64,000 nt of DNA, from contig JBBDSA010000080.1 of assembly GCA_040905165.1 (NCBI GenBank), positions 1,566-65,565 of the forward strand, in the 5' to 3' direction. Each line of letters starts with the position of its first letter. Position 1 is the stretch's first letter. This stretch comes from Cyclobacteriaceae bacterium. GTDB lineage: Bacteria; Bacteroidota; Bacteroidia; Cytophagales; Cyclobacteriaceae. Shown in pieces: positions 9,895 to 20,344 of this stretch. The notes under the pieces were generated by a model, which ran no database searches, was not told where the DNA came from, and worked only from the letters and a program-made list of their open reading frames with translations. The translations under genes and the position numbers were made by a program.

Positions 9895-12336
9895 ATGGAA
9901 AAAGCCAACCAACTAATAGACCAAAAAATAGAAACTACCTGCTTTCACTGTGGAGAATGTTGTGTGGAACAGACCCTGCATCATGATGGAAAAGTTTTTT
10001 GTTGTAATGGCTGTCAGTTGGTTTATGATGTCTTAGAGGAAAATGACCTTTGCGACTACTATGAAATTGCCCCCAACCCTGGAAACAACCAAAAAAAATC
10101 TTCAGAAAGAAAAAACAGATTTGATTATCTTGCGGATCCGGAGGTTACTTCAAAATTGTTGGACTTTCAGGATCCGGAGGAGAGCCATGTTACTTTTTAT
10201 ATTCCCCTGATCCACTGTGCTTCCTGTATCTGGCTACTCGAAAATCTTCATCAGCTTGATCAGGCTATAACTTCTTCCCGGGTAAATTTCCTTCAGAAAA
10301 AGGTACAAATCAAATTCAAAAACAAAAGCCTGGATTTAAAAGGTCTGGTGACCTTACTGGCTAAAATAGGTTATGAACCAGCCATTAACCTTTCGGATGT
10401 TGATAAAAGAAAAATTCTCAGTACGGACCGGAAATTAATTTATAAACTGGCAGTAGCTGGGTTCTGTTTTGGCAATATGATGTTTTTTAGCCTTCCGGAA
10501 TACTTTTCAGAGGCTGAATTATTGGGAGAGGGTTTTAGGAAATTGTTCAATTACCTCAACGTGCTACTCGCTTTACCGGTTTTTTTCTATTCGGCAACAG
10601 ACTACTATCGGTCTGCCTGGTTGGCCATTAAAAGTAAAGCGGTTAATATGGATGTGCCCATTGCCTTGGGCATTATTACCTTATTTTCCTATAGTATGTT
10701 TGAAATATTTGTGTCCGGTCAGGAAGGCTATTTGGATAGCATGGGGGGATTGTTGTTTTTTCTTTTACTGGGTAAGCTATACCAAAAGAAAACCTATGAG
10801 ACCTTGTCATTTAGCAGGGATTATACCTCCTATTTTCCCATAGCGGTTACCAAAATGGTGAGGGATAGGGAAGAAGTAATCCCCTTGACAAAATTACAGG
10901 TTGGGGAGATCATCAAGGTTCGGAATGAGGAATTGATACCTGCAGACAGTGTATTGTTAGAGGGGCAGGCCCGGATAGATTACAGTTTCGTGACCGGAGA
11001 GGAAGTTCCGGTACCCAAAACGAAGGGGGAATTAATCTTTGCAGGTGGCCGGCAAAAGGGCCAACCCATTACATTGGTAGTACAAAAACCCCCCTCTCAG
11101 GGTTACCTGACCGATTTATGGAACAACACGGCTTTTGTCAAGGCAGACAAGGAAACATCATTGGCATCACTTGCAGATCAAATCAGTGGGAAATTCACCT
11201 TTACCGTACTTTTTATTGCCTTTGCGGCCTTGGTTTATTGGAGTTTTCAGGATTTTTCTATGGGCATCAAAGCTTTCACCGCGGTATTGATCATCACCTG
11301 TCCCTGTGCTTTGGCCATGTCCACGCCTTTTACCTTGGGCAATACGCTTAGGATATTTGGTCAGAGTAAATTCTATTTGAAAAATGCCCATGTTGTAGAG
11401 AAAATGGCGAAAGTGGATACCGTGGTGTTTGATAAGACCGGGACACTTACCGCTCCATCCCAAGCCCATATCACTTTTCGGGGCGGATCCCTTTCCACTG
11501 AAACAACAAGCATTCTGAAGGGCATGGTGCAGCATTCTGTACACCCATTAAGCTACCGGATCAACGGTTGGTTGGGAAATATTCCAGTTGCGTTTTTGGA
11601 GGGAGTAGAAGAAGTGCCAGGAAAAGGAATTAAAGCCATTTATAAATCCCAACTTTTCCTGCTCGGGTCCGCTTCATTTACCGGTGCCAAAATAAAGGGA
11701 GATGCTCAAATTCCGGGAAATCAGGTTTTTTTCTCTGTGGAGGGCATCTTGATGGGTTATTTTCAAATAGAAAGTGGCTTAAGAAAAGGGATGGATCAAG
11801 TGGTGTGTCAATTGATAAATGGAAGACAGGTACATTTATTATCAGGGGATAATGATCTTGAAAGGGAGCAGTTTGAAGATTTGCTGGGACCGGAAGTGAC
11901 CCTGAAATTTAACCAGAGTCCCCAGGATAAGCTGGATTATATTCAGAGACTGAAAGCCCATGGAGGAAATGTGTTGATGGTAGGTGATGGGTTGAACGAT
12001 GCCGGGGCACTTAAAGTAAGTCAGGTGGGCATAGCGGTGACAGAAAACATTTCTCATTTCAGCCCCTCCAGTGATGCCATTTTGGATGCTGAAAAGTTAT
12101 ATCAATTGCCCCAATACCTACGGTTTTCCCAAACCAGCCGAAAGATCATTCAAGCCAGTTTTGCACTGAGTTTTACTTATAATGCTATTGGGATATTCTT
12201 TGCTGTGCAAGGTTTGGTGAGCCCGGTATTATGTGCTATTTTAATGCCGCTCAGTAGTATTTCCGTGGTATTGTTCACTACATTGGGCACCAATTACTTT
12301 GCTTATAAAAAAGGTTTAAAAGAGAAAATTTGTTGA
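9895..12336 (+). CDS. ccoI: Copper-translocating P1B-type ATPase CcoI/FixI
   Basis: N-terminal CFHCG...CCNGC metal domain, HMA motif CASC, TGEE, CPC, DKTGT and GDGLND. First gene of the cco cluster. Confidence 0.93.
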   Translation: MEKANQLIDQKIETTCFHCGECCVEQTLHHDGKVFCCNGCQLVYDVLEENDLCDYYEIAPNPGNNQKKSSERKNRFDYLADPEVTSKLLDFQDPEESHVTFYIPLIHCASCIWLLENLHQLDQAITSSRVNFLQKKVQIKFKNKSLDLKGLVTLLAKIGYEPAINLSDVDKRKILSTDRKLIYKLAVAGFCFGNMMFFSLPEYFSEAELLGEGFRKLFNYLNVLLALPVFFYSATDYYRSAWLAIKSKAVNMDVPIALGIITLFSYSMFEIFVSGQEGYLDSMGGLLFFLLLGKLYQKKTYETLSFSRDYTSYFPIAVTKMVRDREEVIPLTKLQVGEIIKVRNEELIPADSVLLEGQARIDYSFVTGEEVPVPKTKGELIFAGGRQKGQPITLVVQKPPSQGYLTDLWNNTAFVKADKETSLASLADQISGKFTFTVLFIAFAALVYWSFQDFSMGIKAFTAVLIITCPCALAMSTPFTLGNTLRIFGQSKFYLKNAHVVEKMAKVDTVVFDKTGTLTAPSQAHITFRGGSLSTETTSILKGMVQHSVHPLSYRINGWLGNIPVAFLEGVEEVPGKGIKAIYKSQLFLLGSASFTGAKIKGDAQIPGNQVFFSVEGILMGYFQIESGLRKGMDQVVCQLINGRQVHLLSGDNDLEREQFEDLLGPEVTLKFNQSPQDKLDYIQRLKAHGGNVLMVGDGLNDAGALKVSQVGIAVTENISHFSPSSDAILDAEKLYQLPQYLRFSQTSRKIIQASFALSFTYNAIGIFFAVQGLVSPVLCAILMPLSSISVVLFTTLGTNYFAYKKGLKEKIC

Positions 12337-12338
12337 TA

Positions 12339-12521
12339 ATGGAGGTAATATTCTTGTTGATAGGGATTAGTTTGGTCTTGGCAGGTGGGTTTTTAGGATT
12401 GTTTTTCAAGGCCATGAAGAGCGGTCAATACGATGATAACTATACGCCGTCCATAAGGATTTTATTTGAACAGAAAGTAAACAAAAAAGAAAAGAAAACA
12501 AACTATAAAAAATCGAAGTAA
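12339..12521 (+). CDS. ccoS: cbb3 oxidase maturation protein CcoS
   Basis: One TM followed by KSGQYDD.YTPSIRILFE. ATG at 12339. Confidence 0.92.
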   Translation: MEVIFLLIGISLVLAGGFLGLFFKAMKSGQYDDNYTPSIRILFEQKVNKKEKKTNYKKSK

Positions 12522-12522
12522 T

Positions 12523-14655
12523 ATGTCAGGAACAATACTGGAACAGTTCAGTTACGACAATAAGATCGTAAAATACTTTGGTGTCGCCACCATTGCCTGG
12601 GGGATCGCCGGTATGCTGATCGGGGTGATAGCGGCCACCCAGCTATTTTTACCCGAAGCCAATATGGGTAATCCCTATACCACCTATGGGAGAATCCGGC
12701 CGCTGCATACCAACGCGGTTATCTTTGCCTTCGTGGGCAATGCCATTTTTGCTGGGGTATATTATTCCATGCCCCGATTATTGAAGGCACCCATGTGGAA
12801 CAAGGCCTTAAGTTGGTTCCATTTTTGGGGCTGGCAGCTCATCATTCTTTCTGCGGTCATCACCCTGCCATTGGGCTTGACATCTTCCAAAGAATATGCG
12901 GAATTGGAGTGGCCCATAGATATTGCCATTGCGGTGGTATGGGTGGCCTTTGGCGCCAATATGATTGGGACGTTGATAAAAAGAAGGGAAAAGCACATGT
13001 ATGTAGCCATCTGGTTTTACCTGGCCTCTTTTGTGACGGTAGCTGTATTGCATATCTTTAATAGCCTTGCCCTGCCGGTTTCTTTGTTTAAAAGTTATTC
13101 AGCTTATGCAGGGGTACAGGATGCCTTGGTACAGTGGTGGTATGGGCACAATGCCGTGGCATTTTTTCTGACCACACCCTTTTTGGGATTAATGTATTAC
13201 TTTCTGCCCAAAGCGGCCAACAGACCTGTTTACTCCTATAAATTATCCATTGTTCACTTTTGGTCCTTAATTTTTCTTTATATATGGGCAGGGCCACATC
13301 ACTTGCTTTATACCGCCTTACCGGAATGGGCCCAGGTTCTTGGCGTGGCCTTTTCGGTAATGTTGATCGCCCCATCCTGGGGAGGCATGGTCAACGGCTT
13401 GCTTACCCTAAGAGGAGCCTGGGACAAGGTAAGAGTAGATCCGGTGTTGAAATTTATGGTGGTGGCGGTGACGGCTTATGGAATGGCCACCTTTGAAGGG
13501 CCATTGCTATCTCTTAAAAATGTCAATGCCATAGCACATTATACCGATTGGATAGTGGCCCATGTACATATCGGTGCCTTGGGGTGGAATGGTTTCCTGA
13601 CTTTTTCCATGCTGTACTGGTTGTGGCCAAAAATGTGGAAAACCAATATCTATTCCGTTAAATTAGCCAATACTCACTTCTGGCTCGGTACATTGGGAAT
13701 TTTGTTTTATGCCCTTCCCATGTATGTGGCTGCCCTTACCCAAAGTTTAATGTGGAAAGAGTTCGGTGAGGGCGGAAGACTGGCCTATCCCAACTTTCTA
13801 GAGACGGTCATCGAGCTGGTTCCCATGTATATGCTGAGGGCATTCGGGGGATTACTTTACCTGAGTGGGGTATTCCTTATGGTTTATAATATGATCAAAA
13901 CCGCGGCTCAGGGAACCTTCCAAGAAGAAGAGGCGGATGAAGCGCCTGCTTTGGCCAAGCACGTATCCAGCAAAGGGGAGTTCTGGCATAGGAAATGGGA
14001 AAGAAAGCCGGTGTTTTTTACGGTCCTGGCAACCGTAGCCATCGTCATCGGTGGAGTGGTTGAAATTGTCCCCACTATTTTGGTTAAATCAAACGTGCCG
14101 ACTATTTCCAGTGTGAAACCCTATACCCCGCTTGAGCTTCAGGGCCGGGATCTATATATTTCCAATGGCTGTGTTGGATGTCATTCGCAAATGATAAGGC
14201 CCTTTAGGCATGAAACGGAAAGGTATGGGGAATATTCCAAGGCCGGAGAATATGTTTATGACCGACCATTTCTTTGGGGGTCAAAACGTACCGGGCCTGA
14301 CCTGCACAGGGTAGGGGGAAAATATCCTGACAGTTGGCATTACCAACATATGGTGGACCCGAGGACCATGTCCCCCGGATCTCTGATGCCTCCTTATCCT
14401 TGGATGACCACCACCATCATGAACCATGATGACATAGCTGCCAAGATCAGGGTCATGCAAAAATTAGGGGTCCCCTATCCGGAAGGATATGATCAGGTAG
14501 CTAAAGAGGACCTCCAAAAACAGGCACAGGAAATTGTAGCCAACCTCAAAACCAGTGGAGTGGAGGTATTGCCGGATACTGAAATCGTAGCGCTTATTGC
14601 CTACCTTCAAAGATTGGGGACTGATATTAAAAATACTGCTGTTGATAATCGTTAA
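12523..14655 (+). CDS. ccoN: cbb3-type cytochrome c oxidase fused subunits I/II (CcoNO)
   Basis: RIRPLHTNAVIFAF, QWWYGHNAVAF, WAGPHHL and HVHIGALGW. C-terminal CcoO has the haem motif CVGCHSQ and WGSKRTGPDL. Confidence 0.97.
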   Translation: MSGTILEQFSYDNKIVKYFGVATIAWGIAGMLIGVIAATQLFLPEANMGNPYTTYGRIRPLHTNAVIFAFVGNAIFAGVYYSMPRLLKAPMWNKALSWFHFWGWQLIILSAVITLPLGLTSSKEYAELEWPIDIAIAVVWVAFGANMIGTLIKRREKHMYVAIWFYLASFVTVAVLHIFNSLALPVSLFKSYSAYAGVQDALVQWWYGHNAVAFFLTTPFLGLMYYFLPKAANRPVYSYKLSIVHFWSLIFLYIWAGPHHLLYTALPEWAQVLGVAFSVMLIAPSWGGMVNGLLTLRGAWDKVRVDPVLKFMVVAVTAYGMATFEGPLLSLKNVNAIAHYTDWIVAHVHIGALGWNGFLTFSMLYWLWPKMWKTNIYSVKLANTHFWLGTLGILFYALPMYVAALTQSLMWKEFGEGGRLAYPNFLETVIELVPMYMLRAFGGLLYLSGVFLMVYNMIKTAAQGTFQEEEADEAPALAKHVSSKGEFWHRKWERKPVFFTVLATVAIVIGGVVEIVPTILVKSNVPTISSVKPYTPLELQGRDLYISNGCVGCHSQMIRPFRHETERYGEYSKAGEYVYDRPFLWGSKRTGPDLHRVGGKYPDSWHYQHMVDPRTMSPGSLMPPYPWMTTTIMNHDDIAAKIRVMQKLGVPYPEGYDQVAKEDLQKQAQEIVANLKTSGVEVLPDTEIVALIAYLQRLGTDIKNTAVDNR

Positions 14656-14665
14656 ATTATAGGTG

Positions 14666-14857
14666 ATGTATAAGGAAATATTAAGATCGATCGAAAACAT
14701 AGAGATATACCCCATTATATCCCTGCTGATGTTTGTTTTATTTTTTATCGGGATGTTTTGGTGGGTGGTCATGATGGACAGCAAACACATTGACCATATG
14801 AAAGAAATGCCTTTGAATGATGAATCTCAAAAGAATGACAGTCATGAAAAATATTAG
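14666..14857 (+). CDS. ccoQ: cbb3 oxidase subunit CcoQ-like small membrane protein
   Basis: IYPIISLLMFVLFF single TM and MKEMPL motif. Lies between ccoNO and ccoP. Confidence 0.85.
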   Translation: MYKEILRSIENIEIYPIISLLMFVLFFIGMFWWVVMMDSKHIDHMKEMPLNDESQKNDSHEKY

Positions 14858-15788
14858 TTTGGTTTTATTCACCCTGATAGGATGGTTTTTTGTGGTGCCA
14901 GGTTTCGGACAAACGGATGAAGGAAATTCTGTCGGTCTACTACAAAATATGGACAGCAACCAATGGACCTTGTTGATCATCATAGGAGTGGTACTGGCTC
15001 TGATCCTCATCATGATGTTGGTGATGGTCTACCTGCTATCATTTTTGAAAACCGTATTGCGGGGACAAAACCCTGCCATGCCTGCTGAATCAGGTTCTTG
15101 GTGGGAGGATTTTAAAGAAAAATATGTGGTAGGCAAAATGACGCCCATTGAGGAAGAAAAGGATATTGCATTGGACCACAGCTATGACGGCATAGTGGAG
15201 CTCGACAATTTTATGCCTCCCTGGCTAAAATACGTCTTTTACATGAGCATCGCCTTTGCGGTAATCTATTTTGTCAACTATTCTGTTCTGGGTATTGGGG
15301 ATAATCAATATGAGGAATATGAGGAGGAATTGGCCATCGCTGAGGAGGAGGCAGAATTATTCAGGGCCTCTGATGCCACTACAATCGACGAGACCAATGT
15401 GCAATTTGATAAATCCGGTCCTGGCATTCAGGCGGGAAAAGACCTGTATGAGACCAACTGTGCTGCCTGTCATGCCATGGATGGAGGCGGCGGCGTAGGG
15501 CCCAATTTTACCGATCAATATTGGATTCACGGTGGCTCCATCAATGATGTATTTTCTGTGGTGAAGTATGGGGTGGTGGAAAAGGGCATGATTCCTTGGC
15601 AGGACCAATTGAGTCCGGAGCAGATTCAACAGGTTTCCAGTTATATCCTGACCATGCAGGGAGGTACCCCCGCCAACCCAAAAGCGCCGCAAGGGGAATT
15701 GTATGAAGAGGAAATACAGGAGCCGATTGATGCCTTGGGAGAAGATGAGTTAGGTTTGGAGCCTGCCGATGATGGAGACGCGGAATAA
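14844..15788 (+). CDS. ccoP: cbb3 oxidase subunit III CcoP (single c-haem)
   Basis: DHSYDGIVELDNFMPPW, one CAACH motif, GPNFTDQYWIHGG and KGMIPW. Start at 14844 preferred. Confidence 0.93.
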   Translation: MKNISLVLFTLIGWFFVVPGFGQTDEGNSVGLLQNMDSNQWTLLIIIGVVLALILIMMLVMVYLLSFLKTVLRGQNPAMPAESGSWWEDFKEKYVVGKMTPIEEEKDIALDHSYDGIVELDNFMPPWLKYVFYMSIAFAVIYFVNYSVLGIGDNQYEEYEEELAIAEEEAELFRASDATTIDETNVQFDKSGPGIQAGKDLYETNCAACHAMDGGGGVGPNFTDQYWIHGGSINDVFSVVKYGVVEKGMIPWQDQLSPEQIQQVSSYILTMQGGTPANPKAPQGELYEEEIQEPIDALGEDELGLEPADDGDAE

Positions 15789-15859
15789 GTCATTTTAAAT
15801 GCAACTGCTTGGAGCGGTAAGGTTTAAGCCTAAGGGAGAAAAAGGAAAAATAGGAGAAT

Positions 15860-17272
15860 ATGTCAGCCAGAAATGAACATTTAAATCCGGATAAATTCAG
15901 GGATGCCTTAGGAACAGTTAGGGAAGACGGCGGAAGAAACTGGGTTTATCCCAAAAAGGTATCCGGAAAATTTTACCGCTGGAGGACTTACTTCTCCTGG
16001 TTGTTGTTGGCCATTTTATTTGCGGGACCATTTATAAAAGTAGACGGAAGGCCCTGGCTGCTATTCAATATCTTTGAAAGGAAATTTATCATTTTTGGAG
16101 CGGTATTCTGGCCACAGGATACCTACCTTCTGATCTTTCTCCTTTTGATTTTTGTGGTCTTTATTATCCTTTTTACGGTAGTATTCGGTAGGGTTTTTTG
16201 TGGCTGGGCTTGTCCTCAGACCCTGTTTATGGAAATGGTTTTCCGGAAAATCGAATATTGGATCGAAGGAGACGCCAATCAGCAGCGCAAATTGAATGCC
16301 ATGCCCTGGAATGGAGAAAAATTGAGAAAAAAGGGAATAAAAATGACAATTTTTATTTTAATTTCCACTTTTATATCCCATACGGTAATGGCCTACCTGA
16401 TCGGTGTGGATCAGGTAAAAGAAATTGTCATGCAGCCCCCTACCGAAAACATGGCGGGGTTTATGGGATTGGTCCTTTTTACCGGGATTTTCCTTTTTGT
16501 GTTTTCCTGGTTTCGGGAGCAGGCCTGTATTGTGGTTTGCCCATATGGAAGATTGCAGGGGGTACTGCTGGACAACCATTCCATCAATGTCAGTTACGAT
16601 TATGTAAGAGGTGAGCCCCGAGGCCCCATTCGAAAAAATAAAGAGGAGAACAAGGCCTTAGGGGATTGTGTGGACTGCACCTTATGTGTACAGGTTTGTC
16701 CTACCGGAATCGATATCCGAAACGGTATACAGATGGAATGTGTCAACTGCACGGCCTGTATGGATGCCTGTGATGAAGTCATGGAAAAGGTGGACCGGCC
16801 AAAGGGACTGATCCGATATGCCTCTGAAAACAGTATCCTTAAAGGTACCCAAAAACTGATCACCGGAAGGGTAAAAGCTTATTCAGTGATTTTGGTGCTG
16901 CTGATTGCAGGTTTTGTAGGCCTGCTGACTACCAGGGAAGACCTTGGTGCTACGGTTACCCGTTTTAGAGGCATGACCTATCAGGAAAGGGAGGGATCGA
17001 AAATCAGTAACCTTTATGAGGTTAGCCTGATCAACAAAACCTTTGAAGTACAAAAGGTAAGTATCGTACCTGAAAATCCATCCATCACCCTTGAAGTGGT
17101 GGGTGATACCAATTGGAATCTAGAAGGACAGACCAAATTTGATGGCCGGTTTTTTCTGGTAAAAGATCAGGCCGATATGAAAATTCCTCAGGAGAACATT
17201 ATCCTCCTGCTGAAACAAAATGGAGAAACAATAGATAGGATCACCACCAGCTTTATGGGGCCTGTGAAATGA
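15860..17272 (+). CDS. ccoG: cbb3 accessory 4Fe-4S protein CcoG
   Basis: GRVFCGWACPQT, CIVVCPYGRLQ, CVDCTLCVQVCPTGIDIR and CVNCTACMDAC. Confidence 0.95.
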   Translation: MSARNEHLNPDKFRDALGTVREDGGRNWVYPKKVSGKFYRWRTYFSWLLLAILFAGPFIKVDGRPWLLFNIFERKFIIFGAVFWPQDTYLLIFLLLIFVVFIILFTVVFGRVFCGWACPQTLFMEMVFRKIEYWIEGDANQQRKLNAMPWNGEKLRKKGIKMTIFILISTFISHTVMAYLIGVDQVKEIVMQPPTENMAGFMGLVLFTGIFLFVFSWFREQACIVVCPYGRLQGVLLDNHSINVSYDYVRGEPRGPIRKNKEENKALGDCVDCTLCVQVCPTGIDIRNGIQMECVNCTACMDACDEVMEKVDRPKGLIRYASENSILKGTQKLITGRVKAYSVILVLLIAGFVGLLTTREDLGATVTRFRGMTYQEREGSKISNLYEVSLINKTFEVQKVSIVPENPSITLEVVGDTNWNLEGQTKFDGRFFLVKDQADMKIPQENIILLLKQNGETIDRITTSFMGPVK

Positions 17273-17292
17273 TAAATAAAATAAGAAACACT

Positions 17293-17718
17293 ATGAATTG
17301 GGGAAATGGAATCATATTGGTATTTGTCGTCTTTTTTGGCTTGATGGCCGCATTGGTGACCATCTGCATGAAACAGGATGACCTGCACCTGGTGACTAAG
17401 AATTATTATGAGGAGGAAATCAAATACCAGGATCATATCGATAAAGTCAATAATACCAGCCTTTATAAAAAGGAAGCCATGGCCTATGATGGGAAAAACC
17501 TGCGCCTTGATCTGAACCTTCCCCTTGGTGCCACGGGAGAGCTGCACCTGTTCAGGCCTTCTGATGCCAGGATGGACCGGAAATTTAACCTGGCCATCCA
17601 AGAAGAAAAGACCAATACCTTCGACCTTAAAAGCCTGCCTCCAGGCTACTGGAAAGTCAAACTGAGTTGGACGGTAAATGGAGTAGGTTTTTATGAGGAG
17701 AAAAAAATTGAGCGGTAA
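17293..17718 (+). CDS. ccoH: FixH/CcoH family protein
   Basis: MNWGNGI TM, LVTKNYYEEEIKYQ, FRPSD and GYWKVKLSW. Confidence 0.88.
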   Translation: MNWGNGIILVFVVFFGLMAALVTICMKQDDLHLVTKNYYEEEIKYQDHIDKVNNTSLYKKEAMAYDGKNLRLDLNLPLGATGELHLFRPSDARMDRKFNLAIQEEKTNTFDLKSLPPGYWKVKLSWTVNGVGFYEEKKIER

Positions 17719-18432
17719 ATGCTGTGGACTGCCTTTATATTGGGTTTGATTGGCTCCTTTCATTGCGTGGGCATGTGTGGCCCCATTGCCTTGGCATTGT
17801 CAGCAAGAGACCAAAAAAAATATTGGGGAAACAAGCTTTTCTATAATATGGGAAGGATCCTGACCTATTCCCTGTTGGGGGCTTTGATCGGATTGGTGGG
17901 GTTTTCCCTGGCCTTGACAGGTATACAGCAATGGCTGTCCATCGGAATGGGCGTCTTGATTTTGGGCATGTCCTTCTTTTACCGCCGGGCAGAGCTGCTT
18001 ATTGCCCGTTCCAGTATGTTGGGTGGCATTCGCCAATTAAAGTCCAGCCTTGGCAAATACCTGAAATATGGGGGATCATCAGCATTTTTTGTTTCCGGAA
18101 TGCTGAATGGGCTGTTGCCCTGCGGTATGGTCTACATCGCCTTAGTGGCTTCCCTGGCGATGCAGGGAGTGCTTTCGGGATTTTTATACATGTTTTTTTT
18201 CGGATTGGGTACCATTCCTTCCCTAATGATCCTGATGTATTCTAAAGACCTTTTGTCTATATCTCTTAGGCAGCGGATGAACCGTATGTTACCCTACTTT
18301 GCCATGTTTATTGGTATTTTATTTATCCTTCGGGGCCTGGGCTTGGGTATCCATTTTATCAGTCCCAAATTGAACCTTCCCTCCGTAAATGCCATGGAGA
18401 TGGTAGATGGGGAAATCACGGATTGTGATTAG
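17719..18432 (+). CDS. DsbD_2 / TauE-SafE-like cbb3 biogenesis membrane protein
   Basis: GSFHCVGMCGPI, YNMGRILTY, NGLLPCGMVY and FGLGTIP. Confidence 0.9.
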   Translation: MLWTAFILGLIGSFHCVGMCGPIALALSARDQKKYWGNKLFYNMGRILTYSLLGALIGLVGFSLALTGIQQWLSIGMGVLILGMSFFYRRAELLIARSSMLGGIRQLKSSLGKYLKYGGSSAFFVSGMLNGLLPCGMVYIALVASLAMQGVLSGFLYMFFFGLGTIPSLMILMYSKDLLSISLRQRMNRMLPYFAMFIGILFILRGLGLGIHFISPKLNLPSVNAMEMVDGEITDCD

Positions 18433-18486
18433 GGTATTGGGTTTTAACCGAAATGGGGGTATTTAATTATAATTCGGTCAAAAGTA

Positions 18487-20232
18487 TCAGGATTTTATAG
18501 AATTAAGTGTATTTGCATCTGAATGAAGAATTCTTTGCATTTCGGAAATAATAAACAGGCGGTCCATTAGTTTACCCTTGGAAACTACCTCTTTTTTATG
18601 GTTGCCTCCTAAATACTTCCAAATAAAAAATCTTTGCTTTCGAGATATTAATTTCCTGATTTTATCTTTTAACCGAAGGTTATTACCATTAAATGATATC
18701 TGTTGTGGGTTTTTGATTTCCGGAATTAAATCTTTAAGGTATTCAGGTAAAAAATGGGATTTCCGGATTGATTTTAATTTATAATCATAAAAAGCTTTTT
18801 TAAGATCTTCCTGATCCAAAGGATCATGGGCATCCTGATGAGAATAGGGGATTTTATTTTCCAGTTGATTAATATAAGCCTTCCAAATGGGTGTGCCCAA
18901 CCTTAGATTTTCTGGTAATGATCTAACTGCATTTAATATTTTTCGCGACAGAAGAGGAGAAAGGACTTCAACATAGGATAATTTAAAATCTGATAAAGCT
19001 GCCAGTACGATAGGGGTCCTGTATACGGAATAGATTCGTTCAAGAAAAACATTCATCGACTCACTCTCCATTGGTCTTAACTCATCGGGGAATACATGCT
19101 TTTTCATACCTGAATTTTCTAAATGAGCAAGATTGGCATAATGCTGACAAGGAAAAAAATTTGTGAATTTGTTGGCTTCTTTTTCAGTTTTGAGTTTTAC
19201 ATTGAAAGGAAACCCAAAACTCATATCACCTCTAAGAATTCCTTCCGTTTTGCTGTCAAAAAGGTATTTCCAAAAGGAAAATCCGTCTAAATAGGCCTTT
19301 ATATGGTCAACCCGCCCTTCCCCAACTTTTAGGATCCTGTCATAGACCACCTCCAAGGACTCCTCTTCTGAAATGGTCATCGATGAAAAAAAATCATTCC
19401 TTAGACCGTATTTATCAGCAATTTTTTTGGCAATATATCCATCCGTTCCTTTGATTTCCTGATTGCCTCTATGGCCATGGGTGTAGGTTTTTATTTTTTT
19501 CGCGGCTTCACTTTTTGCCAAAAGCGTCAACAATATTCCCCGGCTGTCCCTTCCCCCTGAAAGGGTCACCGCCCACTTATCAAAGTCCAACCGAAGGTGA
19601 TCAAATGTATGGTGAATGGCGGAAAAAACCCTGTCGTATCCTTCTTTCTTCGTTATTTTTCTGCTTTTAAAAACGATGGGTTCAGTTTTCAGCTCTGCGG
19701 TCCAGCTTTCTTTATCCAGAAGCAAGGCAGAATCAGGGGGCAATAGTTTTATCCTTTTGTCCCATGATAAAAAAGGTCCCAGGGAACCGGTTGACAACAT
19801 CCAGGGAACAACCTCCTGATTAAATTCAAACCCCCCTAAAAACATCACTATTGCCCTTTGGGAGGTAGAAGTGATAAAGTACTCTTTATTCATATAATAC
19901 CAGATTGACCTGGTTCCTGCTACATCGGAACAAATCTCGCAAAAATTGGAATGATCCCTGAATAAGGCAAAAGAACCATCAATGCCGGAATGTCCAATTT
20001 CATCCCATTCCTTGAAATCACCAAAAAGCCTGCCCAACAAAACCCCCGAACCTGTTTTAAGAAGGGAGGAAGTAGGATTCATAATACCATAGGACCACTT
20101 TCCGTTGACATGTATTACAGGTTTATTGGCCTGTATATTATCAGGTTCCAAAATGGTACAGATTTTCAATAATTTATTTTCAATTCCAGGATCAAACTCC
20201 CTTCTTTTCCAAATACTAATAATTTTAGACAT
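18487..20232 (-). CDS. Asparagine synthetase-like ATP-dependent amidoligase (orphan)
   Basis: Ntn-like N-domain (IDGSFAL, SDVAGTRSIWY), PP-loop TLSGGRDSRGIL, and later ILRGD and SPLLSR. Residue 2 is Ser, not Cys. Confidence 0.8.
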   Translation of the reverse strand: MSKIISIWKRREFDPGIENKLLKICTILEPDNIQANKPVIHVNGKWSYGIMNPTSSLLKTGSGVLLGRLFGDFKEWDEIGHSGIDGSFALFRDHSNFCEICSDVAGTRSIWYYMNKEYFITSTSQRAIVMFLGGFEFNQEVVPWMLSTGSLGPFLSWDKRIKLLPPDSALLLDKESWTAELKTEPIVFKSRKITKKEGYDRVFSAIHHTFDHLRLDFDKWAVTLSGGRDSRGILLTLLAKSEAAKKIKTYTHGHRGNQEIKGTDGYIAKKIADKYGLRNDFFSSMTISEEESLEVVYDRILKVGEGRVDHIKAYLDGFSFWKYLFDSKTEGILRGDMSFGFPFNVKLKTEKEANKFTNFFPCQHYANLAHLENSGMKKHVFPDELRPMESESMNVFLERIYSVYRTPIVLAALSDFKLSYVEVLSPLLSRKILNAVRSLPENLRLGTPIWKAYINQLENKIPYSHQDAHDPLDQEDLKKAFYDYKLKSIRKSHFLPEYLKDLIPEIKNPQQISFNGNNLRLKDKIRKLISRKQRFFIWKYLGGNHKKEVVSKGKLMDRLFIISEMQRILHSDANTLNSIKS

Positions 20233-20344
20233 ATGAAATTTTGGGTAAAATTAACTAAAGCGCATCAGAAGGGTTTATTCTATTCCTTTTCAATAAACAG
20301 CTATTGGCAGAAAAAATTGAAGATACAGGAAAAACGTCATTCGA

